In this document: one piece after another, positions 32,385-42,001 of the stretch
How the letters are laid out: every line of letters starts with the position of its first letter
Position numbering within the stretch: the first letter of the stretch is position 1
The notes under the pieces: model-generated
Told to the model about the DNA's origin: nothing
The model's input: only the letters and a program-made list of their open reading frames with translations
The model's database searches: none
Made by a program: the position numbers and the translations under genes
Virus record (IMG/VR): IMGVR_UViG_3300044844_000928
DNA from: a virus
DNA: 64,000 nt
Reading direction: 5' to 3' (one strand)

Positions 32385-33731
32385 ATGTCTACACGTCCTG
32401 AATTATTAAAAAAATGGAATCCTATCCTTGAGCATTCTGCAATGCCAGAAATCAAAGATAAATATCGTCGTGAAGTAACAGCGGTATTATTGGAAAACCA
32501 AGAAAATGATATGCGTACACAATCAAGCGGTATGCTTAATGAAGCAGCTCCTGCTAATGCCGGCGGTACTGGTATCGCTTTAGGTGGTACAGGCGCGGGT
32601 ACTGGTACTGTTTCTGGTTACGATCCTATCTTGATTTCTTTGGTTCGTCGTTCAATGCCACAACTTATTGCTTATGATATTTGCGGCGTTCAACCTATGA
32701 CTCAACCTACTGGTTTGATCTTCGCGATGAAATCACGTTACGGTTCACAAAACGGCACAGAAGCGCTTTATAACGAAGCTAACACAGAATTCGCCGGCGC
32801 TACTAATGCGTTGTTTGACGGTACTAGTACTGCAGTAAACGGCGACCAAACTGGTACTTATCCTGGTGCTGCTAGTTATAATACTGGCGTTGCTATGTCT
32901 ACAGCTACAAAAGAAGCTTTAGGTTCAAGCGGCGGCGCTACTTTCAACGAAATGGCGTTCTCTATCGAAAAAACTCACGTTATTGCTAAATCACGTGCGT
33001 TGAAAGCTGAATATACAAATGAATTAGCACAAGATCTTCAATCAGTACACGGCTTGGATGCTGAGTCTGAATTGGTTAACATCTTAAGCACAGAAATTCT
33101 TGCTGAGATTAACCGTGAAGTTATCCGTACTGTTTATCTTTCTGCTCTTCCAGGTGCACAAAACGGTACAACTACTGCTGGCATCTTCGACTTAGATACA
33201 GATTCAAATGGTCGTTGGTCAGTTGAAAAATTCAAAGGCTTATTGTTCCAAATTGAACGTGAAGCTAATGCGATTGGTCAATTGACTCGTCGTGGTCGTG
33301 GTAACTTCATTATCACTTCAGCTGACGTTGCTTCAGCTTTAGCGATGGCTGGCGCATTAGATTATGCTCCTGCTTTGAACACTAACTTAAACGTTGACGA
33401 TACATCTACAACTTATGCTGGTGTATTGAACGGTCGTTATAAAGTATTCATCGATCCTTATTCAAGTAACTTGAGCAACGAACAATACTTCGTTGTTGGT
33501 TATAAAGGTACAAGCGCGTTTGACGCCGGTATTTTCTACTGCCCATATATTCCATTGCAATTAATGAGAGCTTCTGATCCTAACACGTTCCAACCAAAAA
33601 TTGGTTTTGCTACACGTTATGGTATCACTGCTAACCCATTCTGCACATTGGATGCTGGTTCTGGTAACACTGGCTTATATGCAGCTAAAAACTATTTCTA
33701 TCGTGTTGTTCGTGTACGCAACATTATGTGA
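32385..33731 (+). CDS. 23: Major capsid protein gp23
   Basis: DPILISLVRRSMP.LIAYDICGVQPM..PTGLIFAM, SRALKAEY, FQPKIGF.TRYG. Confidence 0.98.
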   Translation: MSTRPELLKKWNPILEHSAMPEIKDKYRREVTAVLLENQENDMRTQSSGMLNEAAPANAGGTGIALGGTGAGTGTVSGYDPILISLVRRSMPQLIAYDICGVQPMTQPTGLIFAMKSRYGSQNGTEALYNEANTEFAGATNALFDGTSTAVNGDQTGTYPGAASYNTGVAMSTATKEALGSSGGATFNEMAFSIEKTHVIAKSRALKAEYTNELAQDLQSVHGLDAESELVNILSTEILAEINREVIRTVYLSALPGAQNGTTTAGIFDLDTDSNGRWSVEKFKGLLFQIEREANAIGQLTRRGRGNFIITSADVASALAMAGALDYAPALNTNLNVDDTSTTYAGVLNGRYKVFIDPYSSNLSNEQYFVVGYKGTSAFDAGIFYCPYIPLQLMRASDPNTFQPKIGFATRYGITANPFCTLDAGSGNTGLYAAKNYFYRVVRVRNIM

Positions 33732-33764
33732 TAATAGTTAACATTATTTTCTAATAATGTGATG

Positions 33765-33790
33765 AAAGGGAGCTTCGGCTCCCTTTTCTT
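33765..33790. terminator. Terminator with UUCG loop between convergent genes
   Basis: AAAGGGAGC-TTCG-GCTCCCTTTT. Confidence 0.85.
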
Positions 33791-33801
33791 TTGTTAAAAT
33801 T

Positions 33802-34239
33802 TTATACGCCGGCTTGAAACTTCTTAAATTCGATAGCGTTTCTAATACTCCAAGTTCTATCTTTTATTGAATTTAATATAGACTCAAGCATGTATATCAT
33901 AGATACCATATATTCAATTTTGGTTTCGATTGTAGTTAAGTCAGTATCACCCTTCAATATCTCGTCCATCTCAGATTTTAGCGGCTTTCCTAACTGGCAC
34001 TGCGCCCAGTTCAATTCTGTTAATTCTGTTCTAGATAATTCCCCACGGTAATACCTAAACTTCAATGTTCTTAAATTAGCGTATTCCTGTCTCAGCTTTA
34101 TCAGTTTCAGTTTAGACTCAACCAATATCCCAATATATTTTGAATGAAGTTTTGAAGATTTAATGGATTCTATGTCTAACTGTACTCCATCTATTTCCGA
34201 ATCAATTTCCCACTGTTCTTGTAGTTCACTTATATTCAT
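33802..34239 (-). CDS. uvsY: Recombination mediator UvsY
   Basis: W..DS.ID..ES.K...LHSKY..YY.G..IRNAIEFKKFQAG. Confidence 0.9.
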   Translation of the reverse strand: MNISELQEQWEIDSEIDGVQLDIESIKSSKLHSKYIGILVESKLKLIKLRQEYANLRTLKFRYYRGELSRTELTELNWAQCQLGKPLKSEMDEILKGDTDLTTIETKIEYMVSMIYMLESILNSIKDRTWSIRNAIEFKKFQAGV

Positions 34240-34315
34240 ATGCCCTCACGGTTGTATTCTATAGTATGTATTATAAATAATTTCGTTATAAAAGTAAATG
34301 TCATTAAAATGATTA

Positions 34316-35056
34316 TTACCAACTATATGTCAGATTTTTGCATTTGTCAAAATGCCATCTTTTCATTACAATTTCACCTCCACTTTTACCACAATGAGGA
34401 CATGTAACTTGTTGCTTATGTTTACCTTTGTGAAAAACAGACATTTTGGCTTTTGTTTCTTTTGATCTAGGCTTACGCATTTTGACTTTAGTTTCTTCTG
34501 AGCAAGGTTTTCTAGGTTTACCTTTATCTGAGCGTGGTTTATGTAGTTTTCTAGGTTTACTTGATTTTTTATATTGACCACGTTTTTTGCCTTTCATATT
34601 AGCCTTAGCTTCTTCTGAAAGAGGTCCTCGAGGTTTACGCATTTTGGCTTTAGTTTCTTCTGATTTACGCATGTTAGCTTTAGCTTCTTCTGATCTAGGC
34701 TTACGCATATTAATCTTAGCTTCTTCTGAACGTTTTGTGCCAGGAGGGCATCCATCTAATCCATTTTCTGGTTTCAAGTTTGCCCATTCTTTAGAATTAA
34801 CTATGTCGTTATCAGCAGAAAACTGTAAGGCTACTTCGACGATAGAAGTATCATAATACAAATCAGAAACCCAAAGAGTAACGATGTGTTCTTTACCGTG
34901 TTTCTTGATATGGCGAACCCAATATGGACCAGAACCATTATAGGTGTATGGATCTAAATTTGTTGTCTTACCGTAGTATTTCTTTTTGGTTATGGAATGC
35001 TGTTTGATGTAAAGATATGTAGGTGTGATGGGAGTATAAATACTTGTGCTGGTCAT
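34316..35056 (-). CDS. Putative homing endonuclease (GIY-YIG-like, NUMOD3-type repeats, C-terminal zinc finger)
   Basis: YLYIKQH..KYYGKT..Y.GSG..W; SEE.K.KMR repeats; CPHC..RWHFD.C; start at MTSTSIY (35056). Confidence 0.75.
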   Translation of the reverse strand: MTSTSIYTPITPTYLYIKQHSITKKKYYGKTTNLDPYTYNGSGPYWVRHIKKHGKEHIVTLWVSDLYYDTSIVEVALQFSADNDIVNSKEWANLKPENGLDGCPPGTKRSEEAKINMRKPRSEEAKANMRKSEETKAKMRKPRGPLSEEAKANMKGKKRGQYKKSSKPRKLHKPRSDKGKPRKPCSEETKVKMRKPRSKETKAKMSVFHKGKHKQQVTCPHCGKSGGEIVMKRWHFDKCKNLTYSW

Positions 35057-35147
35057 GTTAGTTCTCGTAATTAATGAAAGGATGATTAGTGCTACTGGGG
35101 ACGGCAATCCCGCGAGTAGCTTTTTTTGTACAAAATATTTAGTAAAA
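35034..35147. repeat. Nuclease-associated cassette, copy 1 (convergent late promoters plus structured RNA)
   Basis: GTATAAATACTTGTGCTGGTCATG...ATGATTAGTGC-hairpin-TTTTTTTGTACAAAATATTTAGTAAAA; recurs at 49986 and 52085. Confidence 0.9.
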
Positions 35148-35204
35148 ATAATGCTCTATATTTTCAACCCTACCTTACCTACAGGGTCACCAATTTAATT
35201 TTAC

Positions 35205-35290
35205 GTTTTTTGTAAGTCATTGATTTCATTAGCTTTTATTTTTATCCCTAATTTTAATAAACCGTTATAAATCAATGACTTACGAAAAAC
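35205..35290. promoter_or_regulatory. Inverted repeat (21/22 match, 42-bp spacer); each arm matches the IHF consensus
   Basis: GTTTTTTGTAAGTCATTGATTT and AAATCAATGACTTACGAAAAAC; AATCAATGACTTA fits WATCAANNNNTTR. Confidence 0.7.
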
Positions 35291-35354
35291 CTAGATAAAA
35301 ATTATAGATAAAATAGAAAAGTCTAGCTTTTTATATTTGATGAAAAATAATTTA

Positions 35355-35412
35355 AAATAAAGCTTTACTTTTACAAAAATCATAGTATAATAGATCTTAA
35401 TGAAGTTAAACC
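35355..35412 (+). promoter_or_regulatory. Class B early promoter (AAAATAAAGCTTTACT-16-TATAATAGATCTTAATGAAGTTA)
   Basis: Near-identical copies with -35 boxes at 35364, 37134, 52203, 53490, 55161 and 61896; resembles T4 early promoters. Confidence 0.85.
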
Positions 35413-35427
35413 TTAATGGAGTGTAAT

Positions 35428-36476
35428 ATGAAAAACAAATTATTGATTGCGGCGTTAGCCTTAACTATCCCTTCTGTTGGGGTTGCACATGAAAATGATT
35501 GGATAGCACCTGCTATAATCGGCGGTGTTATTCTTGGGTCAGTATATAGTCAACCTGTGGAAAGAGATGTTGTTATCTTACGTGAAAGGGAATATGGATA
35601 TGGATATAGAGAGTATGAAAGAAGAGAAATGTTAAGAGAACAAATTAGAGAAAACCAATTAAGACAGCGTATGCTTGAGCGTAGAGAATATGAACTATAC
35701 AGATGGTAAAATAAAAGGTGGGTACAATTATGATGATTTAACAAAGGAAAAGGTTTTAAACAGTCCTTTGTTAAGAAAAAGTCATGTTCATTTACCTAAG
35801 AAAAAACGAACCCGTGAGATTGAAGACGGGATTAAAGCTTACTTGCGCGGTGATTATGAATAAGATAAAAAACATCAGTGTGAGTGATATAAACGATATT
35901 TCTAGTTTGTTACAGAAATTCCCTGAAGTACAGCATATTGATTTATTACATACAGATACAACCGGCATCGGATATACTTTGCATGTAAAATTTGAATATC
36001 AGGTTAACGGTATTATGACAGAATTGACCATTCCGGTCGTTGATGAATCTAATTGGTAAATTTGAGGATTATATTATGATAGAAATTGGCTATAACCTTG
36101 CGTCAACGCTTAAAGCAGCAATGGGTTGCGGAATTGTAGTTTACGCTATTTACACAGTGTCAAATTTGTTGAACGGGTATCTACCATTAAATACTAGTGG
36201 AAGTAAAAATGTCACGAGCAAAATTACTCCCAAAACTAAAGAGGTTACTCAACCGTGAGTAACATTATTTCAACCCTACAATGGGATTTTTCAATTATGA
36301 AAAAAAGCGAGTATTATACAATTTACACCAACGGGTTAGCCTTTATTGGTGTTCTGTTGATGATAACCGGTATTGAACCAATTTTAGGAGCATATATTGC
36401 GCTATTTGGTGTTGGTATGTTTTTTATCCAAGTAGCACAGATAAGCCTTAAAATTCCTCTTTCTATGAAGGGTTAA
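35428..36476 (+). CDS. Cluster of five small early hypothetical ORFs; the first has a signal peptide and the last is a membrane protein
   Basis: ORFs ending at 35709, 35863, 36059, 36258 and 36476, closely packed behind an early promoter. Confidence 0.5.
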
Positions 36477-36477
36477 A

Positions 36478-36990
36478 ATGGCAAATTTTGTTGCAAATCA
36501 GCATAATGTGAATCCGTTAAGTGCGTCTGGATTTACATTCAGCATCCAGAAAATACCTGAATTAACTTACTTTGCTCAACAAGTAACGTTACCCAGTGTG
36601 TCTTTACCTCCAGCTGAAATTCAAACTCCTCTATCTACTTTTTATACATCAGGGGTCAATCTTCAGTATTCAGACTTGACTGTTAGCTTTATAGTAGATG
36701 AAGACATGAGCAACTATCTAGCTATTTATAAATGGATGGTTGGGTTAGGGTTTCCCGAAGCAAGAATCCAGTTTAGCGATTTTATCGCGGGGAGTAATTT
36801 GAATGAAGTATCTGATGGTAATTTACAAATTTTATCTTCATCTAATAATGTGATTCGAAATATAGTGTTTTATGATTTACGACCGATAGATTTAGGTGGG
36901 TTGACTATGGTTACAAACCAGTCAGATATTACCTATCTAACCTGCGACGTGACGTTTAATTATAGTTTCTTCAAGTTTGAAACCCTATAG
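36478..36990 (+). CDS. 3: Tail completion/tube terminator gp3-like protein
   Basis: N.LS.SGF.F..P.L.YF.Q...LP..F.VDEDM.NY..IY.WM; near gp23, uvsY and uvsW. Confidence 0.8.
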   Translation: MANFVANQHNVNPLSASGFTFSIQKIPELTYFAQQVTLPSVSLPPAEIQTPLSTFYTSGVNLQYSDLTVSFIVDEDMSNYLAIYKWMVGLGFPEARIQFSDFIAGSNLNEVSDGNLQILSSSNNVIRNIVFYDLRPIDLGGLTMVTNQSDITYLTCDVTFNYSFFKFETL

Positions 36991-36994
36991 CAAA

Positions 36995-37022
36995 AAAAGC
37001 CGGCTTAATTGTCGGCTTTTTT
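36995..37022 (+). terminator. Terminator family AAGCCGGC-n-GYCGGCTTTT
   Basis: Related hairpins at about 50821, 53352 and 55109. Confidence 0.8.
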
Positions 37023-37038
37023 GTACCTAAAATAAAAC

Positions 37039-37098
37039 TTTACTTTATATCTTCAAACACGTATAATAGCCTAGTCGGGCGTGAATTGAGGTTAAGCG
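37039..37098 (+). repeat. Class A element, copy 3
   Basis: TTTACT at 37039, TATAAT at 37062, 31-mer at 37068-37098; a class B promoter follows at 37134. Confidence 0.9.
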
Positions 37099-37206
37099 CT
37101 TAAAAATATTTTAGGTTTTATTAAAAATAAAGCTTTACTTTTCCATAAAACAAAGTATAATAGATCTTAATGAAGTTAAACCTATAACGTTATTGGAGTG
37201 TTTAAT

Positions 37207-38076
37207 ATGATTAAGTTTGAAAGAATTAACCGTACTGTTGATGGTAACCCAAGAGTTGTTTGCCATTTTCTTACGTTCATTAAAGAAAGTGATGGGTATG
37301 ATATTGACGCTACTTATAACATTGCGTTATCAAGAGCCAAAAAGATAGGCGGTAAAAAGCACAGCAACAAATCTTATGGCGGCGGTATCGCTTTTATATG
37401 TTTTAATGAAGCTGAATTAGAATCTAAAATTAACGAATTAATGTCTAATATCTAATTGGAGAATACCATGACTGAAGCAACTACTTTACCACTATCTGAA
37501 GTATTCATCAACTCTTTCCCTGTTGAACAAAGAAAACACGTTAAACAAGTGATTTATTCTAAGCTTAAATTTAAGACTTCTAAAGGTAAAGATTTAGAAT
37601 ATTTTGCGTGCGATTTTATTGACGCTAACATCAAACTTGGTGCCAAAGTTGAGGTTTATATCGATGAATATGGAGTAGAACAGCGCGGTATGTTAAACAA
37701 AATCTTTGAAGGCGATCTTAATGAAAATGAAGAAATGCCAAGTATTTGTTTTGATTACGCTGAGCGCGTTATCCGTTCATACAAAAGAAAGGCTACTGCA
37801 AAACGTAAAGGCAAATAAATGGATAACAAATCACTTTTTCTGTATAGATTATGGCAAATTGAACGAAGCGGCTACGATACATACGATTCTATGGTCGTAT
37901 CTGCATATTCTGAGGAAGAAGCTAAAGAAATTCATCCTAGCAGACAATATGGAGGAAGATGGGGTTCTGGTGTTTGGGCATATTCTCCTGATACTGTTAA
38001 TGTTGAAATTATCGGGTTAGCCTATAAAGGAATCAAACCAAACGAAATTATTATATCTTCATTCAACGCCGGCTAA
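37207..38076 (+). CDS. Three early hypothetical ORFs (37207-37455, 37468-37818, 37819-38076)
   Basis: Contiguous ORFs behind a class B promoter; the first two have GGAG RBSs. Confidence 0.55.
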
Positions 38077-38125
38077 ATCAGAAATCCTTATATATAATTC
38101 ATTATAGAATATATGAGGATTTTTA

Positions 38126-39484
38126 ATGTCGAACGGCACGCTTTATGTTGAAAAACTGAATGAAGCCTTTATTAAGATAACAGCTGATGATTTTGGTATA
38201 GAATCTGAATTGTATGAATACTTCTCATTTTTTGTTCCTGGATATAAATTTATGCCACTTTTCCGTAACAAAATTTGGGATGGAAAAGCACGGTTATACG
38301 ATATTCATAAAAAGCTGTTACAGACCGGTTTAATAGGATATGTTGAAAAATTCGCAGATATTAATGAATACACTATATCATACAAAAATGATGTAAAAGA
38401 ACAAAACAATTATCCACTTGAATTGGTAAACAATTTTTGTTCTGCATTAAAGCCACACGCAAGAAGCAAACCTATTGACTTTAGACATTACCAACTTGAC
38501 GCGGTACATAAGGCGCTTAATCTTAATAGATGTATTCTTGTGTCACCAACGTCATCTGGTAAGTCTTTAATGATTTACAGTTTAATTCGTTGGTATATTA
38601 ACGCCGGTAAAAGATGTTTGATTATCGTTCCATCAACAACCTTAGTTGAGCAAATGTATTCTGATTTTCAAGATTACTCAAGCCATAATGGGTGGAGTGT
38701 AGATGCTAACTGTAACAAAATCTATTCAGGGTTTACTAGAGAATTTAAACATAACTGTGCTATTTCAACATGGCAAAGTTTGTACAAATTAAAGCCTAAA
38801 GACCTTGAAAATATAGATGTTGTTATCGGAGATGAGTGCCATACATACGCGGCTAAATCAGCTTCAACTTTGCTGAATAATATGCCAGATGTAAAATACA
38901 GATTTGGCACAACAGGAACGCTTAATGGTAAAAATATATCAGAACTACAATTAACCGGCTTATTTGGTGAAGTTTATAAGGTAATAACAACAAAAGAGTT
39001 GATGGATAATAAAGAAGTCACTCCATTAAACATTAATTGCCTTATATTAAATCACCCTAAAGAATCTAAAGACTTATGTAAAAAAATAGAATATCAAAAA
39101 GAAATTAAGTTTTTAACGTTAGACAGTAAGCGAAACAAATTTATCTCAAATTTGACATTGTCTTTAGACGGCGTTACTTTGATTCTGTTTAACTATATAT
39201 CACACGGAAAGGCAATATTAGAGCTGTTAAAAGATAAAGGTTCTGACAGAACGATACATTATGTTTCCGGCGAAGTTGATACCGCTGAACGAAATGATAT
39301 TCGTAATTTGCTGAATTCAACTAAGAAGTCTAGAAAGGTTTACTTTGGTGAGGCATATCTAGTGATTGCCGATAATGAAGATGTAGTATTAACCGGCGGC
39401 GCTATTATAAAGGGTAAAGATTTGACATTAGATAATGATATTGATAATTCTTGGATTAAATCTAAGAAACTACATAAGGAGTGA
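38126..39484 (+). CDS. uvsW: UvsW-like SF2 helicase, N-terminal part only (lacks motifs V and VI)
   Basis: FFVPGYKFMP..WDG; SPTSSGKS; DECH; GTTGT; sequence diverges after SGEVDTAERNDIR. Confidence 0.85.
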   Translation: MSNGTLYVEKLNEAFIKITADDFGIESELYEYFSFFVPGYKFMPLFRNKIWDGKARLYDIHKKLLQTGLIGYVEKFADINEYTISYKNDVKEQNNYPLELVNNFCSALKPHARSKPIDFRHYQLDAVHKALNLNRCILVSPTSSGKSLMIYSLIRWYINAGKRCLIIVPSTTLVEQMYSDFQDYSSHNGWSVDANCNKIYSGFTREFKHNCAISTWQSLYKLKPKDLENIDVVIGDECHTYAAKSASTLLNNMPDVKYRFGTTGTLNGKNISELQLTGLFGEVYKVITTKELMDNKEVTPLNINCLILNHPKESKDLCKKIEYQKEIKFLTLDSKRNKFISNLTLSLDGVTLILFNYISHGKAILELLKDKGSDRTIHYVSGEVDTAERNDIRNLLNSTKKSRKVYFGEAYLVIADNEDVVLTGGAIIKGKDLTLDNDIDNSWIKSKKLHKE

Positions 39485-39486
39485 AA

Positions 39487-40023
39487 ATGAACATCTGGCT
39501 TACTTCGGATTTGCACTTTGGGCATCACGGAATGTGTAAATTTTTAAATTATGATGGGAGTAAACTTAGACCATGGGATTCAATCGAAGAAATGGATGAA
39601 GTTTTGGTTGAAAGGTTCAACGAAAGGGTTAAACCAGAAGATAAATGTTACATTTTAGGTGATGTTGCTTTAAACTTGAGAGCGCTACCTATGTTAGAAC
39701 GGCTGAACTGTAAAAATTTGCGGTTGATTAAAGGGAATCATGATATTTTCAAATTGGACAAATATCTACCTTACTTTAAAGACATCAGGGCATATCATGT
39801 TATCGATAATATGCTACTTGGGCACATTCCCGTTCATCCGGATTGTTTAGGGCGGTGGGGATTTCAAATTCATGGACATTTACATAATGAAGTTGTACTT
39901 TTACCGGACGGAACTCCAGATAATAGGTATATGAACGTCAGTGTTGAAAGAACTGATTTTTACCCTATTTCGTTAGATGATATAATTGAAGAGAGAAAAA
40001 GACGTGGCATTCACGAATCATAA
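39487..40023 (+). CDS. Calcineurin-like metallophosphoesterase
   Basis: SDLHFGH, LGD, GNHD, HGHLH motifs. Confidence 0.9.
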   Translation: MNIWLTSDLHFGHHGMCKFLNYDGSKLRPWDSIEEMDEVLVERFNERVKPEDKCYILGDVALNLRALPMLERLNCKNLRLIKGNHDIFKLDKYLPYFKDIRAYHVIDNMLLGHIPVHPDCLGRWGFQIHGHLHNEVVLLPDGTPDNRYMNVSVERTDFYPISLDDIIEERKRRGIHES

Positions 40024-40345
40024 CACTAAAGATGAAACAGAACCAAAAGACCTATCCTCAGTTGGAAGAAAATTTGATACTGGAAAGGTTAAATACAGAT
40101 TGTTAAGTCCATATTTCATAGAGGGTGTTGGTTCTATACTAACAAGCGGCGCTGAAAAGTACGATGAAGATAATTGGTTAATCGTACCAGATGCTAGAAA
40201 ACGTTATACTGATGCGTTATTACGACATGTGTACGATTACCTTAAAGGTGATAAAAATGATGACGAAACAGGCAAATCCCATTTACTCCACGCCGCATGT
40301 AATTTAATGTTTTTGTATGAGTTTGATGAACGGGGTATTGAATGA
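40004..40345 (+). CDS. DUF5664-like dATP/dGTP diphosphohydrolase domain protein
   Basis: GRKFD.GK..Y.L..GA.KY..DNW..D.ETG.SHL.HA.CN..FL. Confidence 0.8.
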   Translation: MAFTNHNTKDETEPKDLSSVGRKFDTGKVKYRLLSPYFIEGVGSILTSGAEKYDEDNWLIVPDARKRYTDALLRHVYDYLKGDKNDDETGKSHLLHAACNLMFLYEFDERGIE

Positions 40346-41210
40346 AATCCTCAGTAAGATATACCGGTAAAAACTTCAAAGCTTTATCAGATTTAATTCA
40401 CGACCACTGTAAACATGGGTCTATGGTTTACCGTAGAGGTGACGATGTTTTGATTGACGATATGATTATTCCTGTTGGATACTGTTTACATGTTGAAACG
40501 TCAGAACAAAGTGAACGGGTTTATATTAGCGCAGATTATTAAAAAAAGCTTTACTTTTTGCCCTCTCACGAGTATAATTGCTATTGTAGTTTAAATTTAT
40601 TATTAATTTTTGAGGTGATACCATGATTAGCGAGAAAGACGAATTGTTTTCGATTATTACTCCAATGCGTAAATCAAGAGAGCATTTGAACCGTAAAGTT
40701 AGGATTGACATGAAACGCGATAGATTCTATACATATAGAAAAATCCATTACGGCGATAGAATCCGTGTTGTTAACACTAATCCAATGGGGAGATAATATG
40801 AGCCTTATTACGCTTTCTGTTATAAATAACAACAAAAACCTTACGCTAGAAGCGGTTCGTCAACCTTATAAAATTGTTTTACGTGTTGAGGGTGATGTTT
40901 CTGATAACTTAGAAGGTATCGTTTACAACGACCTGTTTGAAGTTAATGCTGAAGATGATGCTACATACGAAAAAGCGATTGAGTTTTTAACCCGAAACAA
41001 ACTGGACTTCAAGGTGAAATTTTGAAAACATTTATATTATTGATTACAACTATGACGCATATAAACGGCGGCTATGACGTAAAAATTACGTCAACTGAAT
41101 TAAATAACGCATTAACATGTGAAAACGCCTTAAAAATTGAAAAGACTATTCTTGCTAGCATGTTCAGCGATATTTCAGGTTCGTATACATTACAGTGTAT
41201 TCAAAAGTAG
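40342..41210 (+). CDS. Small hypothetical ORFs (40342-40542, 40798-41025, 41022-41210)
   Basis: ORF track; a TTTACT-17-TATAAT promoter lies at about 40550-40578. Confidence 0.45.
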
Positions 41211-41271
41211 ATTTTACTTTTGACGCAAAATCATTTATTATATATTTTTATTTACATTACTAAGGAACATT

Positions 41272-41931
41272 ATGAAATTGTCAAAAGAAACCCAAGCAAT
41301 TCTAAAAAACTTTGCGTCTATTAATCCTAATGTGATGCTAAAACCTGGAAACAAACTTTCTACGGTTTCAGTACAAAAAAACATTATGGCTGATAGTGCT
41401 ATTGCTGAATCATTTGATACCACTTTTGGTATCTACGATATTTCAGAGTTCTTGGGTGCGGTTTCTTTGTTTAACGATCCTGAGTTGACATTTAACGATA
41501 AATATGTCACTATTGCTGAGGGCAATAACTCCATTAAATATTACTCAGCGGCTGAAAACGTTTTAACCGTACCGACTAAAGAAATTAAATTTCCTGATGC
41601 AGATATTGAGTTTGAGTTAACCGACAGTATGCTTGATATGATTAATCGTACAGCATCGGTATTGAAAGCGCAAGACTTAGCCTTAATTGGCGATGGCAAT
41701 AAGATTGTTATCCGAGTCGGCGATAAAAAGGTTGATTCGTCTAACGTGTATGAAGTTGAAGTTGGTTCCACTTCTACCACATTTAAAGTTTACCTAAAAA
41801 TTGGTTTGTTAAAATTAGTACACGGCGATTATACCGTATCTATCTCGACTAAAAAGATTTCAAGATTTAAACATAAAACCAAAGATACCGTGTATTTCCT
41901 TGCGGTTGAGTCAGATTCTTCATTCGAGTAA
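41272..41931 (+). CDS. 45: Sliding clamp gp45
   Basis: MKLSKET..ILKNFASIN, FGIYD..EFL. Confidence 0.95.
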   Translation: MKLSKETQAILKNFASINPNVMLKPGNKLSTVSVQKNIMADSAIAESFDTTFGIYDISEFLGAVSLFNDPELTFNDKYVTIAEGNNSIKYYSAAENVLTVPTKEIKFPDADIEFELTDSMLDMINRTASVLKAQDLALIGDGNKIVIRVGDKKVDSSNVYEVEVGSTSTTFKVYLKIGLLKLVHGDYTVSISTKKISRFKHKTKDTVYFLAVESDSSFE

Positions 41932-42001
41932 GATAGCCGGCTTGAAGCTGAGCCGATAATCAGCTTCAATTGTTTATTATGATATTATTGAGGATACATT
42001 T

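Noticed and set aside
34440-34740. Tandem DNA repeats (ttagcttcttctga, tttacgcat)
   Set aside because: They are explained by NUMOD3-type peptide repeats in the endonuclease.
35428-35709. Secreted protein with a possible mature N-terminal His as a copper His-brace protein
   Set aside because: It has only one His and a low-complexity body, which is too little support.
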